From IMG/VR virus record IMGVR_UViG_3300020043_001303, positions 1 to 60,036 of that record: DNA of 60,036 nt; one strand, 5' to 3'. The translations under genes and the position numbers were made by a program. Below the pieces are notes generated by a model. It was given only the letters and a program-made list of their open reading frames with translations, was not told where the DNA came from and did no database searches. This DNA is from a virus (lineage: Duplodnaviria > Caudoviricetes). Below, piece after piece: positions 8,678-17,273 of the stretch (its first letter is position 1; the number at the start of each line of letters is the position of its first letter).

Positions 8678-8843
8678 ATTTGCATACCCCGAAGATGAGC
8701 AGAAGTTACGACATGCCATGAGGGGTACGGAGTACTACGACGCCTTGTGTGAAATAGACAATATCCTTGCGATGCCCTACACAAAAGCCGAGGCGTATAC
8801 AAAGATCAGAGCAGTTGTTTTAACTGTATTGGAGGAAGCATGA
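8661..8843 (+). CDS. hypothetical protein
   Basis: MKAVLEF..PED motif typical of small phage proteins; GGAG RBS. Confidence 0.65.
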   Translation: MKAVLEFAYPEDEQKLRHAMRGTEYYDALCEIDNILAMPYTKAEAYTKIRAVVLTVLEEA

Positions 8844-9046
8844 AACACGCACCCGCATTTCCACTTGAGATGGTTTACACGCAAGAGAACGAGAAGTTAA
8901 ACGGCATGACCTTGCGTGACTACTTTGCGGCTAAGGCGATGACAGGTTTGCTGACGGCTGAAATTGTTGGTGAATACAGCAATGAACATGTCGCCGAAAT
9001 TGCTTATCGCATAGCAGATGCAATGTTGAAAGCGAGGGAAGAATGA
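8840..9046 (+). CDS. conserved phage protein (GMTLRDYFAAKAM family)
   Basis: PAFP...GMTLRDYFAAKAM...AY.IADAMLKAR. Confidence 0.8.
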   Translation: MKHAPAFPLEMVYTQENEKLNGMTLRDYFAAKAMTGLLTAEIVGEYSNEHVAEIAYRIADAMLKAREE

Positions 9047-9138
9047 CATGGCCGTTTCCCCCATTCCCAAATCCCAAGGACAAGGGAACTAAACAACCCA
9101 AGTTCAACCCTGACAACCACGAGGACGCACCGTTATGA
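9043..9138 (+). CDS. 31-aa Pro-rich micro-protein (MTWPFPPFPNPK...EDAPL)
   Basis: Translated by hand; ATGA overlaps at both ends. Confidence 0.55.
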   Translation: MTWPFPPFPNPKDKGTKQPKFNPDNHEDAPL

Positions 9139-9338
9139 CAACACGCATAGTGACAGACGCCAATGGACGCAAGCACATTACAAACGAACCGCTACTTCAC
9201 CCACCACAGCGCACATGGGTAGGGCTAACGGATGAGGAAATTTGCATTGAAGCCATGAAAAAAGACCAACAAAGTATTGGATTTATTAAAGGCGCTGAAT
9301 GGGCAGAAGCCAAACTCAAGGAGCTAAACAATGCCTAA
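9135..9338 (+). CDS. conserved phage protein (WVGLTDEEI...EAKLKE.N family)
   Basis: Recognisable motif; ATGA overlap. Confidence 0.7.
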   Translation: MTTRIVTDANGRKHITNEPLLHPPQRTWVGLTDEEICIEAMKKDQQSIGFIKGAEWAEAKLKELNNA

Positions 9339-9594
9339 AGGTTTACTAGACGACATACCAATCCATAACCAAGCCCGCGACAAAGCATGGGAGGCGTTCA
9401 TCAAACGCAAGGATGTGAAACACCTAGTTAAGCACGGCTTGTTTGACAAAGGTTTCCCGCTGTATGGCGGGTACTACGAACTGTGGTGTCAGGCTTGGGA
9501 TCGTGCTTGGACTGCGGGATTTAAAGACGGCTACGACTCGGGATGGGCATCGTGTGAATTATTAACAAAGAAAACCAAGGAGAAGAAAACATGA
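9331..9594 (+). CDS. hypothetical protein
   Basis: 87 aa, AAGGAG RBS. Confidence 0.65.
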   Translation: MPKGLLDDIPIHNQARDKAWEAFIKRKDVKHLVKHGLFDKGFPLYGGYYELWCQAWDRAWTAGFKDGYDSGWASCELLTKKTKEKKT

Positions 9595-9689
9595 AGTACC
9601 CGTCTTATTGCTGTCAGAAATGCGGCGAACTAATTGGGTGGCTAGGTCGGGTTATGCCATTTCACAAATGCAAGGAGAAAAACACATGA
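9591..9689 (+). CDS. 32-aa Zn-ribbon micro-protein (MKYPSYCCQKCGELIGWLGRVMPFHKC...)
   Basis: Translated by hand; AAGGAG RBS; ATGA overlaps. Confidence 0.55.
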   Translation: MKYPSYCCQKCGELIGWLGRVMPFHKCKEKNT

Positions 9690-9925
9690 ACATCACAATG
9701 TATACAAAAGACAACTGCCCGAACTGCGAGATAGCTAAGCAGATTCTTGCGCATGCAAACCTACCCTATGCCGATGTTGACATCATGATTGGCGAGCGTA
9801 TGGCTAACTTGCTCAAAGAGTTTCCTGATGCACGGCAGATGCCACAGATTTTTATCAACGACCAACGTGTTGGCGGTGTTGAAGGCTTGAAGGTAGCACT
9901 GCGCCAGTTGGGAGTATTGGTATGA
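9686..9925 (+). CDS. grx: Glutaredoxin
   Basis: YTKDNCPNC active site, RQMPQIFI..Q.VGG. Confidence 0.9.
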   Translation: MNITMYTKDNCPNCEIAKQILAHANLPYADVDIMIGERMANLLKEFPDARQMPQIFINDQRVGGVEGLKVALRQLGVLV

Positions 9926-10170
9926 CTGTATTGAATCCATGGGAGGAGTTAGCACAAGTAGATAGACCAAGCATCTTTTTAAAAGACCCCTACTTTCGGG
10001 TAAAGAACCCGAGCAACCAAATCAAAAGTGAAGAAGACCTAGGATACAAACAATTTGGGACATTCACTCGAGCTAAGCAACGCCAACCAAACAAGCATGA
10101 GGGAGTTTTAGAACATGCCAAGACCAAAGCCGCCCGCCCCCCTAAAGGCACGATACGTACGTTTAAGTGA
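9922..10170 (+). CDS. hypothetical protein
   Basis: 82 aa; ATGA overlap. Confidence 0.55.
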   Translation: MTVLNPWEELAQVDRPSIFLKDPYFRVKNPSNQIKSEEDLGYKQFGTFTRAKQRQPNKHEGVLEHAKTKAARPPKGTIRTFK

Positions 10171-10303
10171 CGTGGAGTGGGTGATTTTTAAACAACTAGG
10201 CGGTGCTGAATGGCTGAGAGAAACACTCGACAAGAAAGCGCCCCTACCAAAAAAGTTTTACGACAATTTATTAAGGACTCAAAATGACAAAAGCATTAAC
10301 TAA
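10115..10303 (+). CDS. putative ribbon-helix-helix DNA-binding protein
   Basis: PRPKP..L....VRLSD.EW..F..LGG.EWLR. Confidence 0.55.
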   Translation: MPRPKPPAPLKARYVRLSDVEWVIFKQLGGAEWLRETLDKKAPLPKKFYDNLLRTQNDKSIN

Positions 10304-10850
10304 AGCACAACAGATTCGCGCATATGTAGCCAAGAACCCTAACGCGAAACCAATCGACATCGCAAAAGAAATGGGTGTCAATCGCCAATACGTTTATACA
10401 GTATTGTGGACAGCCAAGAAGAAGGCCGCCAAGAAGCGCATCACCATTACTGCAACACAAGTGGCACTGGCGAAGAAGGCCGGTGTACCGGTAGTTGAAT
10501 ACGCCAAGTCTCTGATGGAACTCAAGAAGAAAAAGCTCGGTCGCCCACGCAAGGTAGTGGAAGCATCGCCCTCATTGCGAGAACTCAATGAAGAATACAA
10601 AAATAAAATCTCTGCCCAAGCGCCAGTGCAGATCATGATGTTCGAGCCCACGCCCGATCCAGTCAATCACCCATCACACTACAAGGTAGGCGGCATCGAG
10701 ACCATTGACTTCATTGAGGCCAAGAAGCTGAACTACAACATCGGTAATGTGGTGAAGTATCTTACGCGAGCCGATCACAAGGGCAACAAGTTGGAAGACT
10801 TGCGCAAGGCACAGTGGTATCTGACACGCGAAATCAATTCACTCAAGTGA
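10284..10850 (+). CDS. HTH / AT-hook / DUF3310 (T7 gp1.7-like) fusion protein
   Basis: N-terminal HTH (IAKEMGVNRQYVY), GRPRK, C-terminal DPVNHPSHY.GGIETID...GNVVKY..R..HKG..EDL.KA.WYL. Confidence 0.8.
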   Translation: MTKALTKAQQIRAYVAKNPNAKPIDIAKEMGVNRQYVYTVLWTAKKKAAKKRITITATQVALAKKAGVPVVEYAKSLMELKKKKLGRPRKVVEASPSLRELNEEYKNKISAQAPVQIMMFEPTPDPVNHPSHYKVGGIETIDFIEAKKLNYNIGNVVKYLTRADHKGNKLEDLRKAQWYLTREINSLK

Positions 10851-10857
10851 GGCAATC

Positions 10858-11346
10858 ATGCTTGAAGGAATCAAGATACTAGGGGAACGCATAGCCAACA
10901 TGCCTGAACTGTACGACCCTAATGAGAGCAGGGTAGTGGAAGTCAAGATGACTGATCCTGAAATTCCTACTTCTCACCAAGTGGATCAGCTCATTCAGCT
11001 TGTTTGCGAAAACGGTGATGGAATCTTTACTGATGAGGAAGTTAAATACATCAAAGACTCCATAGTTGAGTGCAGACGAAAGGTGTTTAATTCTTGGGTG
11101 GTGGGCATAGTCGCAGGCCAAGATTTAATTTTGCCAAGAACTCGTGAGCAGATGAAAGCTCAGATAGAGCAGGAGGAAGAGGAACGCAAGTGGCGCATGG
11201 AACGAGAGAAAGAGAAGCGCCAAATGGAACGTGAAAAACAACTTGCTATGGAACAGATACAGCAACGCATGAAGCATGACGAGATGCTACGCGGTAGCAG
11301 AAGTATAGGCATGGCAAGTAATAGTTTAACTGGAGGAATTTTCTAA
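10858..11346 (+). CDS. hypothetical protein (paralogue of next gene)
   Basis: MLEGIKIL.ER...PE N-terminus; coiled-coil C-terminus. Confidence 0.7.
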   Translation: MLEGIKILGERIANMPELYDPNESRVVEVKMTDPEIPTSHQVDQLIQLVCENGDGIFTDEEVKYIKDSIVECRRKVFNSWVVGIVAGQDLILPRTREQMKAQIEQEEEERKWRMEREKEKRQMEREKQLAMEQIQQRMKHDEMLRGSRSIGMASNSLTGGIF

Positions 11347-11939
11347 TGTTAGATGGAATCAAACTATTGATCGACAGAATGGATCAGCACCCCGAGGAGT
11401 TCTTTGGGGACTTGTCTTATCGTTGGTCAGGCATCATGCAAGACATCGCCAAGCATGGCCCTGAGTATCTTGAAGAAGATGATCTATTGTTATTAAACAA
11501 GAAGGTCAAGGAAGTCAGACGCAAGGAACTCAACGCCAAAATCTTGGACGAGATCGCTACGCAAGAACGCTTGCATACCGCACAAGAACGCTTTTCCAAG
11601 ACAGGCAGGATTGACACGAACACTATAAGTGGGTATGGCGCATCGATAGCCAAGGGGGAAGGTCAGAAGGTGTGGTGGTCAAGTGATAGTGATGTGTTGA
11701 ATAGAACTCACACTAATACCATAAATGGCTACGACCCTAATAGCCAAGCTTACTTTGGTAAATCTGTTCTTGACATGATTGAGCGTGGGCAAGACAACGC
11801 TACGCTTCAGGGTCTCAGATTCACCAATAAAGTATTAGAGGATCAACTAGCGCAAACTCAGGCGGAGATCGCTAAGCGTGATGAGGCAAGGAAGCAGTCA
11901 CAAGCCTACAAGAAACGCAACAATCAGAACTGGAAATAA
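11346..11939 (+). CDS. hypothetical protein (paralogue of previous gene)
   Basis: MLDGIKLL.DRM..HPEEF N-terminus; TAATG coupling. Confidence 0.7.
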   Translation: MLDGIKLLIDRMDQHPEEFFGDLSYRWSGIMQDIAKHGPEYLEEDDLLLLNKKVKEVRRKELNAKILDEIATQERLHTAQERFSKTGRIDTNTISGYGASIAKGEGQKVWWSSDSDVLNRTHTNTINGYDPNSQAYFGKSVLDMIERGQDNATLQGLRFTNKVLEDQLAQTQAEIAKRDEARKQSQAYKKRNNQNWK

Positions 11940-11940
11940 T

Positions 11941-13809
11941 GTGTCGCTAATAACCATCGACTTTGAGACCTACTACACCAAAGATGGATTGGGTTTCGCT
12001 AAGCAAACAACAGAAGAGTACATCCGTGATCCGAGGTTTGAGGTCATAGGTGTCGCTGTTCAAGTTGATGCTGGCGATCCAGTTTGGCATTCAGGTGATC
12101 GTGAAACACTGCGCAAGTGGCTTGGGCAATTTGACTGGAAGAATAGCATGGTCATTGCTCACAACATGCTGTTTGACGGCGCGATTCTGAAGTGGCACTT
12201 TGGTATCACACCGATGGGGTATCTTGATACTCTGTCAATGGCGAGAGCCATTCATGGTGTTGAGGTCGGTGGTTCACTGGCCAAGCTAGCGTTGCGCTAC
12301 CAAATAGGAGAGAAAGGTACGGAAGTTAACGACGCAGTTAACAAACGCCGTGCCGACTTCACTCCCGAGGACTTGGCGCAATATGGCCGGTACTGTGAGA
12401 ATGACGTTAAGCTGACATACGACTTGTTTGTACGCATGGCGCAGGGCTTTCCAATGGAGGAGTTGAAGCTCATTGACATGACTCTGCGCATGTACATCCA
12501 TCCCATGCTGTGTATCGATCAGGATACATTGAAGGAACGTCTCGACGGGTTACAGAAAGAGAAATCAGAATTACTTTCTTCACTGATGGAGAAGCTTAAC
12601 TGTGAGACCGAAGAAGATGTACGCAAGAACTTATCTAGCAATAGCAAGTTCGCAAAGATACTGCAAGACCTAGGCATTGAAGTGCCAATGAAGGTCAGCC
12701 CGACTACCGGCAAACAGATGCCGGCACTGGCTAAGAAGGACGAAGGGTTCATCGCGCTGTCCGAGAGCGAAGATACTTTTATACAACACTTGTGCGCTGT
12801 GCGACTTGGCACGAAGTCAACGCTTGAAGAGAAACGCATCGAGCGGTTCATGAAGATTGGCGAACGCAACAAGGGAATGATTCCCATCCCGCTGAAATAT
12901 TATGGGGCACACACCGGCAGATGGTCTGGCACTGACAAGATTAACTTTCAGAACTTGCCGAGCCGTGACCCCAAGAAGAAAGCTTTGAAGAAAGCCATTG
13001 TGCCGCCCGAGGGTTACGTTGTAATCAACTGTGACTCATCGCAGATTGAGGCGCGGGTGCTACCTTGGCTTGCCGGCCAAGACGACATCGTTAAGCTGTT
13101 TGCTGATGGAGAAGATGTTTACTCTGTCTTTGCGTCTGCTGTGTACGAGCGCCCGATCAGTAAGAAGAATCCTGTGGAACGGTTCGTGGGCAAGACTTGT
13201 ATTCTGGGCCTTGGCTATGGCACTGGGGCTTTAAAGTTACAACACACGCTAGCTACCACGCCCCCGGGTGTAAAGCTAACCGAGGACGAGTGCAAAGGAC
13301 TCGTGACCAAGTACCGTCAACTAAACGACAAGATCATCGAGCTTTGGGCTGAGGGAGATCAGATGCTTGATGAGATGATGAACTCAAAGATCACAGAGCC
13401 CCGATCATTTGGCAAACACAACTGCGTGTTCTACGACAACGAGGGTTTGATACTGCCCAACGGCTTTCGTATCCGATACCCCAACTTGCGCCGTGAGTAT
13501 GAGGACGGCAAGTCCAAAGTAATGTACGACTCACGCAAGGGCAAGGTTTCTATTTGGGGTGGGGCTGTGGTTGAGAACGTGGTTCAAGCTCTAGCAAGGA
13601 TCGTGGTCGGCACTCAGATGGTTGAGATCAACGAGAAGTATCGCGTTGCGCTAACGGTGCATGACGCGGCTGTTAATGTTGTTCCTACGGATGAGACTGA
13701 CGAGGCTGTGGCCTTCATAACTGGCATCATGTCTAAAGCCCCTGCGTGGGCGGTTGGACTGCCTGTCGCGTGTGAAGCCGGCGTTGGTGAAACCTACGGA
13801 GACTGCTAA
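11941..13809 (+). CDS. polA: DNA polymerase, family A, with 3'-5' exonuclease
   Basis: Exo I IDFET, Exo II AHNMLFD, Exo III YCENDV, HTGRWS, motif A DSSQIEARV, motif B R..GK...LGLGYG, motif C TVHDA; GTG start. Confidence 0.95.
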   Translation: MSLITIDFETYYTKDGLGFAKQTTEEYIRDPRFEVIGVAVQVDAGDPVWHSGDRETLRKWLGQFDWKNSMVIAHNMLFDGAILKWHFGITPMGYLDTLSMARAIHGVEVGGSLAKLALRYQIGEKGTEVNDAVNKRRADFTPEDLAQYGRYCENDVKLTYDLFVRMAQGFPMEELKLIDMTLRMYIHPMLCIDQDTLKERLDGLQKEKSELLSSLMEKLNCETEEDVRKNLSSNSKFAKILQDLGIEVPMKVSPTTGKQMPALAKKDEGFIALSESEDTFIQHLCAVRLGTKSTLEEKRIERFMKIGERNKGMIPIPLKYYGAHTGRWSGTDKINFQNLPSRDPKKKALKKAIVPPEGYVVINCDSSQIEARVLPWLAGQDDIVKLFADGEDVYSVFASAVYERPISKKNPVERFVGKTCILGLGYGTGALKLQHTLATTPPGVKLTEDECKGLVTKYRQLNDKIIELWAEGDQMLDEMMNSKITEPRSFGKHNCVFYDNEGLILPNGFRIRYPNLRREYEDGKSKVMYDSRKGKVSIWGGAVVENVVQALARIVVGTQMVEINEKYRVALTVHDAAVNVVPTDETDEAVAFITGIMSKAPAWAVGLPVACEAGVGETYGDC

Positions 13810-14459
13810 TGGACCGAAAACACGAACTTTGGCTAAGAAGGAACATTATAGATGTTCGGCCTTTTATGCTCCCTGTACAAAAAACATACGAACAAGTCCA
13901 AGCCGAGCAAAAGCGTAAGCAAGAACTCTTTGCCTCTGACTACGCTACCGAGAAGGCGGCGTCTAAGTTGGTTAGTGAGTTGCTAGATGAAAAGGGTTGG
14001 AGCTACGAACGTGAAGTCAAAACTGTAAGTGGCAAGGCGATTGACTTTGTTGTGACGGCGCAACATGAGGACCGTGAGATCAAGTTTGGCATAGAAGTTA
14101 AACGTCAGATGTCCCCACATTACCCCAACGGTTTGGCCGCAACAACTCTTGCAGATCACTTGGAGCAGGCGGCGGCTTATGCGCGTGACCTCAACATGCC
14201 TGTATTCATAGGACCGGTTCAATCAGACAAGTCACCAAGTAGCATGTACACCGGCGGCAAGATGGTCGACTCAGTGTGTGCTTTAAATATCTTTGGTGGT
14301 CGTATGAATGTTGGCACGTTCGTTGTTGGCAACACTTGGCACGGCGATAAGTTCTTCATGATCTTGCGCGGGGCATCCTTTTATGAGAACAAGTTCAATC
14401 CCAAGCGGTTGAATATGGTAACGTCTACTGGTTCTAAAAAGGAGCGAACAGATATATGA
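13809..14459 (+). CDS. PD-(D/E)XK restriction-endonuclease-like protein
   Basis: YEREV...IDFVV...GIEVK...LEQAAAYA. Confidence 0.6.
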   Translation: MDRKHELWLRRNIIDVRPFMLPVQKTYEQVQAEQKRKQELFASDYATEKAASKLVSELLDEKGWSYEREVKTVSGKAIDFVVTAQHEDREIKFGIEVKRQMSPHYPNGLAATTLADHLEQAAAYARDLNMPVFIGPVQSDKSPSSMYTGGKMVDSVCALNIFGGRMNVGTFVVGNTWHGDKFFMILRGASFYENKFNPKRLNMVTSTGSKKERTDI

Positions 14460-15118
14460 AAGCCAGTGAAATTAAGTGGTCGTATTCCGGCCTGAAAGAC
14501 TTTGCCAACTGCCCAAAGCAGTACCACGAAGTCAAAGTTCTAAAAAAGTTCAAGAAGGAAGCTACCAAGCAAATGTTATACGGCACGGAGGTTCACACCG
14601 CGCTGGAGAACTACGTCAAGGACGGCACACCCCTAGCCAAAAACTATGAGCGGTACAAATCCCAACTCGATCCCTTACGCGAGATGGAAGGTGTCAAGTA
14701 TCCTGAGCATGAAATGGCTCTGACCTACGAAAAGAAGGCTTGCGACTTCAGAGACCCTAATTATTGGGTTCGAGGCATCGCCGACCTGTTGGTGGTCAAG
14801 GATGATGTGGGTTTTATTGTTGACTACAAAACCGGAAGCAACCGCTATCCCGATCCCAAGCAGTTGCAGTTAATGGCTCTTATGGCATTTGAACACTTTC
14901 CGCAGCTGCAACACATCAATGCTGGCCTGTTATTTGTTGCACACAATCACTTTGTAACTTCTGAGTATTCGAGAGACAATATGGCCTTGTACTGGGAAGA
15001 TTTTTACTGGAATCTTGAGCGTTTACGCTTGTCCCACGAGAATGATTCATGGCAGGCTAACCCTACGCCACTGTGCGGATGGTGTCCAGTAAAGACTTGC
15101 CAATTCCATAAGGGATAA
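14456..15118 (+). CDS. Cas4/RecB-like PD-(D/E)XK exonuclease
   Basis: WSYS.L..F..CP, GTEVH, RGIADL, VDYKTG, QL, C-terminal C.WC....C. Confidence 0.9.
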   Translation: MKASEIKWSYSGLKDFANCPKQYHEVKVLKKFKKEATKQMLYGTEVHTALENYVKDGTPLAKNYERYKSQLDPLREMEGVKYPEHEMALTYEKKACDFRDPNYWVRGIADLLVVKDDVGFIVDYKTGSNRYPDPKQLQLMALMAFEHFPQLQHINAGLLFVAHNHFVTSEYSRDNMALYWEDFYWNLERLRLSHENDSWQANPTPLCGWCPVKTCQFHKG

Positions 15119-15120
15119 AT

Positions 15121-15432
15121 ATGCCATACGTTAACAAGCCAAGACCGTACAAGAAAGAGTACGAGCAACAGAAGGCCCGAGGTGAGCACGAGCGCCGCAT
15201 GGAACGCCAGCGCGGACGCCGTTCAATCGACAAAACCGGTACTGACGCCAATGGAAACGGCAAGGCAGACCGCCGAGAGGGTAAGGATGTAGCACACGTT
15301 CGCGCCCTAGACAAAGGCGGGTCGAACAAAGATGGTCTACGCATACAAAGTGTTGCTAAAAATCGCTCGTTCCGGCGCGATTCAAAGGGAAACCTTGTGT
15401 CTGAGACCAGCAAAAAAGAACGCGCTAGGTGA
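15121..15432 (+). CDS. HNH-type endonuclease
   Basis: R.YKKEY...GKDVAH.RAL.KGGSN..GLR..S...NRS. Confidence 0.7.
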   Translation: MPYVNKPRPYKKEYEQQKARGEHERRMERQRGRRSIDKTGTDANGNGKADRREGKDVAHVRALDKGGSNKDGLRIQSVAKNRSFRRDSKGNLVSETSKKERAR

Positions 15433-15462
15433 AAATACCTACGATTCCAAGTAAAAAATTAC

Positions 15463-15490
15463 TTGACTTATAAGGTTTTGGCCTCATAAT
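15463..15490 (+). promoter_or_regulatory. sigma70-like promoter TTGACT-16-CATAAT
   Basis: In intergenic gap upstream of structured leader and helicase. Confidence 0.55.
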
Positions 15491-15496
15491 TCATTT

Positions 15497-15690
15497 AAGT
15501 TCAGCCGTTAGGCGTGAGTGGGCTGTATCGGGGGTTTGTTTTTGCAGGTTGTTGTTTGACCCCGTAAACCTCGTCAGTTAACCGGTGGACTCTCCTTGAA
15601 AGAATTTCCTGCCACGACAGGGTTAATCGTCTAGGACACGCAGACGCAAAAGCGATGTGGGGCAGGTGGAATCCCTGCAACATACAAAAT
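15497..15690 (+). ncRNA. candidate structured leader RNA
   Basis: Stems CAGCC/GGCTG, GGGGTTTG/TAAACCTC, GTTAACC/GGTTAAT enclosing GTGG/CCAC, CGTCT/AGACG, GCAGG-TGGAATC-CCTGC. Confidence 0.4.
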
Positions 15691-15707
15691 TTAGTTTGAA
15701 AGGCAGT

Positions 15708-17273
15708 ATGAATATAGTTGACAACACCGCACTGCGGTTCCATTGCTCTCATGATGTGGCTAAGCAAATTACCACATACATTGACAAGAGTGAGCTGATC
15801 GGAGCTGAAGGCGGGCACTCTGAGGTGCTGATGTATTGGGGCATCAACGAGGTGCAGAAGCTTGTTCGCTTACTGCCTGACTCCAATAAGATTCCATCTC
15901 CTATTGAGCGTGACTACCAATGGCCCGGCATGTTCACGCCGTTTGACCATCAACGCGACACCGCACGATTCCTGACACTACATCGCCGCGCCTTTTGCTT
16001 CAACGAGGCCGGCACAGGCAAGACTTCCGCCGCGATTTGGGCGGCTGATTACCTAATGGTTCATGGCTTGGTGAAACGTGTGTTGGTCGTTTGCCCCTTG
16101 TCCATCATGCAAAGCGCATGGCAAGCAGATTTGTTTAAGACAGTGATGCACCGCACATGTGGTGTAGCCCACGGATCAAAGCGCAAGAAAGTTATCAATG
16201 GTGGCTACGAGTTCGTCATCATCAACTACGACGGCGTAAACGCTGAGCGCGAAACAATCATGGCTGGTGGGTTTGATCTCATCATCGTTGACGAGGCTAA
16301 CGCCTACAAAAACCCAAGCACTGTGCGTTGGAAGAATCTTGCCAAGATCATTCGCCCTGATACATATCTGTGGATGATGACAGGCACTCCAGCTTCTCAG
16401 TCACCCGAGGATGCGTTTGGTCTGGCCAAGTTGGTCAACCCCAATAACATTCCTAAGTACAAGACCGCATGGAAAGATGCAGTCATGCAACAGATCACTC
16501 GCTTCAAGTGGATACCCAAGCCACACGCCAAGGGTCTTGTGTTCAATGCTTTACAACCCGCGATCCGGTATGAGAAAGCCCAGTGTCTTGATCTGCCTGA
16601 CCTGATGTATCAGACACGCGAAGTACCGCTCAGTGCTCAAGCCACGAGCTACTACAAAGAGTTGCGTAAGGAAATGCAGATCGAAGCGGCTGGCGAAACA
16701 ATCAGTACAGTCAATGCGGCGGCGGCTCTTACGAAGCTCTTGCAGTTGTCGGGTGGCGCTGTGTACACCGATGACCACAACGTGATTGAGTTTGATATTT
16801 CACCGCGCTTGAACGTGCTTGGCGAAGTGGTTGATGAAGCGTCACACAAAGTTATTGTGTTCATTCCGTATCGCCACACAATCAAAGTGGTTCAGGACTA
16901 CCTGACAAAGAACAACATAACGACTGAGATTATTTCAGGTGATGTGACTGCGTCTAACCGCGCCGCCATATTCAACAAGTTCCAAACAACCGACACACCA
17001 CGAGTGCTGTTGATTCAACCACAAGCGGCATCGCACGGCGTTACGCTGACTGCGGCAGACACGATTGTGTTTTGGTCGCCTGTGATGTCCGTAGAAACTT
17101 ATCTGCAATGCGTTGCGCGTATCGACCGCGTTGGACAGAAAAACAAGATGACTGTGATTCACCTCCAAGGGTCTGAGGTGGAGAAGCGCATGTACACAAT
17201 GCTTCAGAACAAAGTGGACATGCACACTCAGTTGGTAGACCTGTACAAAGACGAAGTAGGAGAGAGTGTATGA
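15708..17273 (+). CDS. SNF2-family (SF2) helicase
   Basis: EAGTGKT, VVCPLS, IVDEA, TGTP, HGVTLTAA, Q..ARIDRVGQ. Confidence 0.92.
   Translation: MNIVDNTALRFHCSHDVAKQITTYIDKSELIGAEGGHSEVLMYWGINEVQKLVRLLPDSNKIPSPIERDYQWPGMFTPFDHQRDTARFLTLHRRAFCFNEAGTGKTSAAIWAADYLMVHGLVKRVLVVCPLSIMQSAWQADLFKTVMHRTCGVAHGSKRKKVINGGYEFVIINYDGVNAERETIMAGGFDLIIVDEANAYKNPSTVRWKNLAKIIRPDTYLWMMTGTPASQSPEDAFGLAKLVNPNNIPKYKTAWKDAVMQQITRFKWIPKPHAKGLVFNALQPAIRYEKAQCLDLPDLMYQTREVPLSAQATSYYKELRKEMQIEAAGETISTVNAAAALTKLLQLSGGAVYTDDHNVIEFDISPRLNVLGEVVDEASHKVIVFIPYRHTIKVVQDYLTKNNITTEIISGDVTASNRAAIFNKFQTTDTPRVLLIQPQAASHGVTLTAADTIVFWSPVMSVETYLQCVARIDRVGQKNKMTVIHLQGSEVEKRMYTMLQNKVDMHTQLVDLYKDEVGESV

Noticed and set aside
14456-15118. 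cas4 as part of a CRISPR-Cas system
   Set aside because: It is a stand-alone Cas4-like exonuclease in a replication module, common in phages; there is no cas1/cas2 or array.
15655-15685. tRNA gene suggested by the T-arm-like hairpin
   Set aside because: The loop is TGGAATC rather than TTCRANY, and I could not build a cloverleaf with D and anticodon arms.
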